Part shown: positions 55,306 through 64,000 of the stretch, piece by piece | How the letters are laid out: every line of letters begins with the position of its first letter | How positions within the stretch are numbered: position 1 is the stretch's first letter | DNA from: the human T2T-CHM13v2.0 reference genome, Homo sapiens | Length of the DNA: 64,000 nt | Assembly: GCF_009914755.1 (NCBI RefSeq) | Contig: NC_060934.1 | Strand: one strand, 5' to 3' | Made by a program: the position numbers and the translations under genes | The notes under the pieces: generated by a model | Database searches by the model: none | What the model was told of the DNA's origin: nothing | The model's input: only the letters and a program-made list of their open reading frames with translations

Positions 55306-56531
55306 CATGCACATGTGTACTTTGAGATATTTCTTGCATTTGATCTTCAGGCCACTAATCCAGGCTTCAACAATGGCCATATGGTTCTTTAATTAATCTT
55401 CTAAGTTAGTTCTAAAATCATCGAGTATTAGTACCAGACACACTTGGCCATCCTTCAGTGCACATGTTGTGTTTTAGTTCTAACTTCCATCTTCTCCAGG
55501 AGCCTGTATCGCCTGTATCACCAGGTCCCCATTGTGTTAAGCATCTTCCTTCTTGTAATTGGTTCTCTTTAAATGTGTTGATATTTAACTTTATCAGATT
55601 ATTAGTGGCTTCCATCCTTCAGGTGAAGGAAGGTAAAGACTAGAGATATAGCATTGAATGGTTTACTAGTTCCCCACTGGGGCAACCAAAGGAGGCCTCT
55701 CCCCTCATATACCCAGCCTTGGGTTTAGGGAGGTGGCCTTGGCTCCTGCACCACCTTTTGAAGAACAGGCAACTCTGGAACACTCATATAGGGCTAAGAA
55801 TTGTTCTGCAGGCCTCTGGACTCCCCAGAACCTGAGTCTGCTGGTAATTGAGTGTCCCTCAGCCCCAGCACTGCTTGGCTTGGGAGAGTCTATTAGACCG
55901 TACCTAGGAATGGAAAGAGTGGGAGAGACTGGGGAGTAACTTTCTTAAAGAATACCCCTTCCTTTTCAGACTTTAACATAACAAAATGATCATTCAGGGA
56001 GAACTGTGTTGCATCAGGAAGAGAGATGTATGTTCTAGGCCTGACTGCCACTAGCAAGCCATGTGGTCATCAGCGTGTCACTCAGTTTCTTGTACCTCTG
56101 TGTCCTCGTTTGTAAGATGAAGAGATTGGCTGATTATTGATCTAAGTGGTCTTCCAGCTACGGCCTTCTCAGTTTGTAGGAAATCTCAGTATCCTGAAGG
56201 TTCTCATTATGATGTGGAGTAAAATTCAGTGGTTTTTCCATCTGTGTTCTGTGGAGCCCTGCGGATTCTGTACGGGAGGAAAGGAAGGGATTGGAGAGGT
56301 TTCGCTTACCTTTTTATTTGCACTAAGAGTTCAACTGCTAAAACAAGCTTGAAAGCCAGCACTAGAGTCTACATAAGCCTCAGAATTAAGTTTCTCTAAC
56401 ATGACTTTGGGTTTCTGTTTGGTGTTTTTGCTTATTTCCTTCACATTGTGTTTGGGCATTTCATCCTGTCTCCCAGTTGTTTTGGGTCAACAGAAGCAAG
56501 CAGTATTTATGACCCACCAGTCTTTTGGGAT

Positions 56532-57038
56532 TGAAAGGTACCAGAAGATGCCACCTCAAAATAGACCCCTTTAGCATATGGATTATTTTGACCTGTGGGG
56601 AATTGAGAACCGGCAGTGCAGGAAGAGTTTTTTTTTTTTTTTAACCTTTCTCTAACTGCATAAAAATGATGGCTCCGTACCAGGAAGAGAGCGACTCCTG
56701 GAGACTGCTGTCATCACCTGAAAGGCTCTTACCTGTATAACAGGACAAACCTTACTTACCATACTTCTCCTCACCTTATAACTTGCCTTCCCCACCTGGA
56801 AGCCCCAAACTCATTTTCCTTTGCTTAGCCAAAGATAGTATATAAACCTTAATCATCCGGCAACCTCCTTGAGTCTTGTTTCTTTGCTGGATTCCCTTGT
56901 ATGCATGTAATTAAAACTTTGTGTGTACATAATTAAAATGTTGTTGGTTCTCTCTTGATAGTTTTTCATCAGTTTGATTCCTGGGCCCAGCCATTGAACC
57001 TAGGAGGGTAGAGAAACAGGTTTATTTCCTCCCCTACA
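56532..57038 (+). mobile_element. ERV1 solo LTR (MER34 group), sense to PLD5
   Basis: tgaaaggtaccagaagatgccacctcaaaat...ggattattttgac...tttcctcccctaca; 4-bp TSD ggat (56528-56531, 57039-57042). Confidence 0.82.
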
Positions 57039-57344
57039 GGATTGAAGGGTCTCCTACATTAAGCATCCTCTTCAAAGTCACAAAGGGGCTGAGCTGGATC
57101 TCTATTTTGGGGGTACAGCTTCCTGCATACGACTCTACTGTACATCATGAGGTTTTTACAGACTTCATTTACAAATTAGTCTAAAGTAGGTCAGCGTTCC
57201 TGAGACGCTGATAGTCTTTGAGATAATTTATCTAAGTCTGAAATGTTGGCTAATGTTCTTTACTAGAAAGGGCAAGATTTTATATTGGTGATGTTTAAAA
57301 GCCAAGGGGTTTTTGTTATTTCTTATTTAAAAAATGATGAGTGA

Positions 57345-57647
<303 letters not shown>

Positions 57648-58580
57648 TGAGTAAATGTAACTCAGAAAGCATTAGGAGGCCTTACTGCAGGTCTCTGCAT
57701 AGAGTAGGGTTTAATACCTTTGGAAATGATTACATTTTGAATGTCTTAATGAAAATTATCATATGGGGAGATAACACACTGAAGACGAGTTAATAGAAAT
57801 TCTACCTCAAGCCTAAGTATGGAAACTCTACCCAAGCCTAAGATCATTACAGTGAGCACTATAAAAATTGTGGGATTCCTTGGTGTAAGTAATCAGCACA
57901 TACTAAAAGTAAAAATAAGCTTTATTTAATGACAGTCTGCCAGTATCTGTAGATTTTGGAATTTCTGTTTTCATCATGTGTGAGAGTTCTGGCTGTCTTT
58001 AAGTCCCACAAAAATAACACAGTGGAAATCAATTTAAGTCACAGAGCCAGAAATACAGATAAGTTAGATGGTCTCTTGAATGTTTCATCGGTGCCAAATA
58101 TATTCTGTTAACTAAAAAAAAAAAAAATGAATTTGCCAAAAAATACTGGCCCACTGACCGTGGGGCCTTACGGAACACACAAAGTGTTTGTTTGTGTGAA
58201 AGGGAAAAATACAAACAACTTCCATGAACATGTGATGACCACGAGTTTAGGTTCGGGAAATCTGGGCCATGCACACATCACCAAACCTTCAATGGAGTAA
58301 GAGTAGAATGGACTAGTTGGAGGAGTTCCAAAGCTGAAAAGGAGGTATTATTGGTGTCAATTCTGTCTGTGGAAGAACCACAAAGCCCCTTGACGTGGAT
58401 TCTCCCTCACATCCTGTACCTGAGCCTGTCACCATCCAAGCTCCTACCTCTACACAGTAAATTTAAAATTTACATAGGCACTAAAATCTGCAAGTCAGCA
58501 CATTTTTTTCTTTCCTGTCCTTCTCTGTCTCTCTGGTTGCCTCTGTCTCTTTCTCTCACCCTCCCTGTCCCCTCCCGCCT

Positions 58581-58873
58581 CTTTTTTTTTTTTTAATTTT
58601 TGGAGATGGGGTCTAGCTGTGTTGCCCAGGCTGGTGTGCAGTGGCACAATCATGGCTCACTGCATCCTCAAACTCCCAGGCTCAAGCACAACCTCATCCT
58701 CCTGAGTAGCAGGGACTACAGGCGTGCACCATCATGCCTGGCTATTTTTTTTTTAACTTTGTGTAGAGACAGGGTCTCCTGATATTGCCCAGGCTGGTCT
58801 CGAACTCCTGGGCTCAAGTGATTCTTCCACCTTGGCCTCCCAAAGCAATGGGATTACAAGGATAAGCTCGGCC
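58581..58873 (-). mobile_element. AluJ
   Basis: Diverged reverse Alu. Confidence 0.9.
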
Positions 58874-59251
58874 TCTGCCTCTTTTTTAAATAAGGAGTTA
58901 ATAACTGTCTGATGCACTCAACATACCATACCAGAATACCTGGTTTGTGGTGAGGCTTCCTCCAGGCTTTTGGAGTACAGAGAAATTTAATCACTTTCGA
59001 TGAGCTCCACTTTGAGCAACTTTTATTTCTACACTTGTTTAAACTAAAAGGAAGCCTCCATGCATGGCACAGGTGCAATGGTGCAACTTCCACTCTGTTT
59101 TCCAACACCCAGGGGTTATGGAGCAATGGCTATGCCAGCCAGCTCCAGGCTAGAGCACAGCTGGATGTGCCAGATACTCCTGCTGCTGTCAGCTGTGACC
59201 TCAGCACTGGCAGCTTCTTTCTCCTAACACCCTAAAGCTTCAGAGTCTTGA

Positions 59252-59815
<564 letters not shown>

Positions 59816-60071
59816 TAGCTCCTGAAGGCATTTGAGTTTGTGACCCAAGAGCAAAAAATCTAAAAAATCAATACAAGAAGACCATTTTCCTTTTATGATA
59901 AGGAGACAGACGGGAGTCTATTAAAACATACAAAGGATGATAAATAGGATAATGGTGCAATCCAATGACCTGAGATAATGCAATGACTGTGGACCTACTG
60001 TTATTCAGTCTACCTGAGATTAAAACTTACTCTAAAAATTATATGCTTTTGAAACTCCTGTAAATAAAACT

Positions 60072-60376
60072 TTTATTTATTTGTTTGTTGAGATGGATTC
60101 TTGCTCTGTCGCCCAGGCCGGAGTGCTCTGGTGCAACCTTGGTTCACTGTAACCTCTGCCTCCCAGGTTCAAGCAATTCTCCTGCCTCAGCCTCCTGAGA
60201 AGCTGGGAATAAAAGTGCACACCACCATGCCCAGCTAATTTTTCTATTTTTAGTAGAGACAGGGTTTCACCAGGTTGGCCAGGCTGGACTGGTCTCAGAC
60301 TCTTGGCCTCAAGCGATCCACCTGCCTCAGCCTCCCAAAGTTCTGGGATTAGAGGCATGAACCACCATGCCTGGCT
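60072..60376 (-). mobile_element. AluS
   Basis: aaaacttttattt on both flanks. Confidence 0.93.
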
Positions 60377-61022
60377 GAAAAACTTTTATTTTTGATTTTG
60401 TTTTTTATTTCACTTATTTTTAGGCAGAACATTAGTTGAATTCATTAAAATACATTTAAACAACATGAATTCAGGTAAATCACTCATTAGTAACCATAAT
60501 TTCTCTCTTAATAGCTAATACTTAAAGAATGCTTACTTACTATTAACTTTAATCTCACAAAAACCTTTTGAAGTAAATATAAATATTATCTGCATTTTGC
60601 AGAGGAAGAAACTGGAGATTAGTGAGATTAAGAAACAGCTTTTAAATTGGAAAACCAGCTGGAATCCAAGTCTCTTTGGGCCAAAACACAACTGCTTAAT
60701 CTTCTTTGCTGCCTCTTCATGTGTAGATAACAGATTCAAAAAGCAGAAAAGGGTAGATTTGCATTGTAGCATTGGAATTATTATTGCAATAATTGTTCAA
60801 TTGCACAGTACCCCCCAAAAAGTGCAATCTGTGTTCATGCTACTACTCTATTGATATAAACTCTTTCGAAAGAATTTCATAAATCTGAATACCAGTTGTT
60901 GAAATGCTTGACTTTTTAACATTTGAATGAATAGATTAATTTTAATGAGATTATTTTTACCTGTCTAAATTGGTAAACATTTAGGTTTTCTGACTTTCTT
61001 TGTCTCTGAATATTTTTTCCAG

Positions 61023-61134
61023 GGTCAACGTCTTTTTGAAAAGTTGCTCCAACTGACTTCGCAAAATATTGAGATCAAGCTAGTGAGTGATGTAACAGCT
61101 GATTCAAAGGTATTAGAAGCCTTGAAATTAAAGG
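61023..61134 (+). CDS. PLD5: PLD5 next internal coding exon (probably exon 4), 112 nt, phase 0 to phase 1
   Basis: Acceptor tattttttccAG|GGT; translation GQRLFEKLLQLTSQNIEIKLVSDVTADSKVLEALKLK(G); donor AAGG|gtaaga. It continues in frame from ...SACQ of the upstream exon. Not in the ORF track (too short, no start). Confidence 0.96.
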
Positions 61135-64000
61135 GTAAGACCAAGGTTGATATGCTATTCTACCACTGGGTGTTCTGTTAAGATAACTTTGATTTCACTT
61201 AAAATAATATATAATTTCTTTATAGTTAGTACATTTCACTTAGTACATAGTACATTTACATCTTTGAAAAATAACTCAAAGTTTTTGAGTGGAGGAACTA
61301 ATTAATATATTGGGATTTAAAAAAACAGTTGCATATTAGTGTAAGCAAAATAATCTACTGGTCAATAAAAGATGATTAACTAGAAAGAAGAATCTTTCCC
61401 TTTCTGAACACTTCAACAGTGTGATTACAGAGAAGAACCACTTCGCGTCAGAATAGACACTGCATCTCTACTTTTCACTTGCCTGCAAAATGAAAATCCT
61501 TTTCACGCTATATATTTAAAAAATAATATAGTCAGGTCCTGGAGTCTATGAAACATTGCCTGATTCATGAGTTTTAAGACAATTCCACAGGAGAACACCA
61601 TTTATATAGCCACTTTGCAGTTTTTCTCACAATCTCACGAAGACTGAAAATAATTCCAAAATAACTTTTTTTATTTTGCTGTAATGTCAACCGAATTGAG
61701 CTCTCACATCCAAATAGTTTTTACTGTTTTGTAAAAATTGTTCCCTGGAATTTATTATCCAAACTGTAAGCCTCTAAAAGGAAAAGGCGTGTTTGAGCCA
61801 GTGAAAATGTTCAAGCTGCCGGACGTCCCTAGAAGAGGACAGGGCACTGACCTCAGTGAGTCATTCATGTTCCACCTGATGGTGTTACAGCTCATGTTTG
61901 TGCTGTTTAAACATACTGTGCATTTTTTGCTTGTCATCTTCCCCACATTTTTAAGTGGCAATTCCTTCTAAGAATGGAACAGAACAGGAATCAAATAAGT
62001 GAGCCCCAGTGGCCCTTCCTCCTGAAGAAGAAAAATTGGAAGGGATAAAGCATATTGAAAGTCATCACCACATAAAAGACGTAAGCTTGGCCATGCACAT
62101 GTACCTATCACCATGCACATGTTTTCTATGCACAGGAAAATAAAACATGAGATAATCGTATGTTTGAAAAGCTGTGCTGTGCTACTTGGGTGCAGCAGAA
62201 TGTCTTTGAAAAACTTGTAAGTGCCCAGTTCAGTGGATTGACAGATACAATCAATGTGGCTTAGAAATGTATTTTTACTTTTCCTATTTTTTAAAAATGT
62301 AAAATTGGGTTCTCACTATCTGATAATTTGTTAGAGAGCACTTTTTTTTTCTGAGGAATTGATTACTTTTGGTTAACCGAGGGTCCTGTATTTGCAGATG
62401 ATTTTCCTTATGGAGTTTACTAGCATCTCTTTGGGTTTGATTATCCTGGCAGGATAAAATGCTGATGTGTTAGGAAGAGAAGGAGGGAGCCCGAGACATC
62501 CACAGCTCTCTTTCTTGCCATAGCTCATGCTAAAGCTTGTAAACTCCACCAAAAGTTAAAGCTTGGGGATATTAGGAAGCCTAACAGATTTTCTTTGGAG
62601 TTGCTGAATATTTGCTACTGTAAACAGCAAATAGTGATTGACAAATGCACGAATAAAGGCCTGGTTTACATTTCTATTGTGAACTATAGGTTAAAATTTC
62701 ATTATAGTAATTGCATCTCACAGAAAAAGAAGTGTTTGAATTTCCAAGCATATGCAGATACTACTACAACTTAGGTTCTGTTGAAATATAATAAGACTTC
62801 TTATCAAAACACGAAAACAAATGATTTTCCTTCATAGGAGTAAAGCAATGAACAGGACCCTAATTTCTCATAGCTATTTTCTAGGTAGTGATGGTAGGCC
62901 TCTCTGGCTCTTAGGGATGCACATGATGTGTATACTGTATGTAGAACATGTATAAGTCTTTAGAATACAGTTATTGTATTTCTCTACTCTCATCCTTTGG
63001 TAGACATATATTAAATGATAACAGTGCATTTTAGAAATAATTTTTATGAGACTATTTTAAATCTGTGATTGAATATCTTGCTTTAAGGGTTATCTTTTTG
63101 CAAGGGAGGGATTCTAGTCTTTTAGCAAAATTCTAGAAAGTTTTTTCCAGAAATATCCCACCAAAAAAATAGGTAAATATAAAATAAGCCATGAGCAATT
63201 TCAGCTGCAAGAGTTACTGAATATAGAAACTAATCAAATATATTGTGAAAAAGAATAAAAGTAGGGCTTCCCAGTAAATGATAAAGATTTAGTGCAGGTG
63301 TAAGGAGGCCCAGAAAAAGGCCAGGCAGGCTGGAGAAGTGAGACAGCTGACCAAGGCCCTTCTGACGGGTGGTGTGCAGGTCATTCCTGTTCCTTTTGCT
63401 CCCCATGCTTTGCCTCTCTCTTTGACTCAGAAGTCGGAAAGATAAACCATCTCTCCAAGGTCTCAAACTGTGGCTTGGAGGTGAGGTGCTTTTGAAACCT
63501 AGCCCTCATGAAGTCCTTGCACCCAGGGAGGGATTTAATTTTACACAAGGGTCCCTGTAAATTCAAAATGGGTTTTATTAATCAGTTTTCTTAATTTCAC
63601 TTCCTAACCATCTCCACCTGTATCCCTCATATAAACATCTCAAATGCAACATGTTGACTCAGCTCACATGCTTTCTTTCCCTCCCTGCACCAACACAGCA
63701 TCTGTCTCTATACCTGAATTTCCATGTGCTCAGTCACTCATGTTAGAAACTCAACTCCACGCTCTCGTATGCCACATCTAATGAGCCATGGTCTATAGAC
63801 TCTATCCACCCTGTCTTTCTTCTAGATACCACATTTCCTCCTCACATACCTGCCTTATTTCAGGTCTCTTAATACTTTGCTTAAGCCTTTGTCACCTTTC
63901 CTCTTTCACCATCTGATCTTCCACACAGCTACCAAAGAGATCTTCCACCACATGGTTATTATCACCTTACGTGTTCACCCAAATTGCACGCAGGTGTGAG

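Overview
This is primate (human or close catarrhine relative; AluY-type copies are present) intronic DNA from the PLD5 (inactive phospholipase D5) locus, with the gene on the + strand. I can support only two real coding exons: 38030-38198 (169 nt, (R)IALVENIPEGLNYSENAPFHLSLFQGWMNLLNMAKKSVDIVSSHWDLNHTHPSACQ) and 61023-61134 (112 nt, GQRLFEKLLQLTSQNIEIKLVSDVTADSKVLEALKLK(G)). They join in frame across a 22,824-nt GT-AG intron. The rest is intron, dense in interspersed repeats: about 30 Alus, several L1 pieces, ERV1/MaLR solo LTRs (LTR8, MER4, MER39, MER34-like, THE1/MST, MLT1), DNA transposon remnants (Made1, Tigger3/MER7, MER44, MER5, MER107-like), MIRs and microsatellites. Nearly all ORFs in the supplied track are repeat-derived or chance. 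I see no CRISPR-like array, novel gene cluster or clearly new biological system. The best second-look items are: (1) a tRNA-Leu(CAG) 5'-half 'tailless' retrocopy with target-site duplication and 3' microhomology (23655-23727); (2) an L1 interrupted by a ~240-bp templated copy of sequence 1.4 kb downstream (30354-30617); (3) a frame-preserving candidate cryptic exon whose donor lies in a UG repeat (19819-19944); (4) a PBX/MEIS/HOX motif cluster in unique sequence (about 49450-49810); (5) AG|GT recursive-splice-like sites; and (6) several local tandem duplications. Repeat subfamily names and gene identity come from remembered consensus/protein sequences, not a database search, and repeat boundaries are approximate unless a TSD is quoted.
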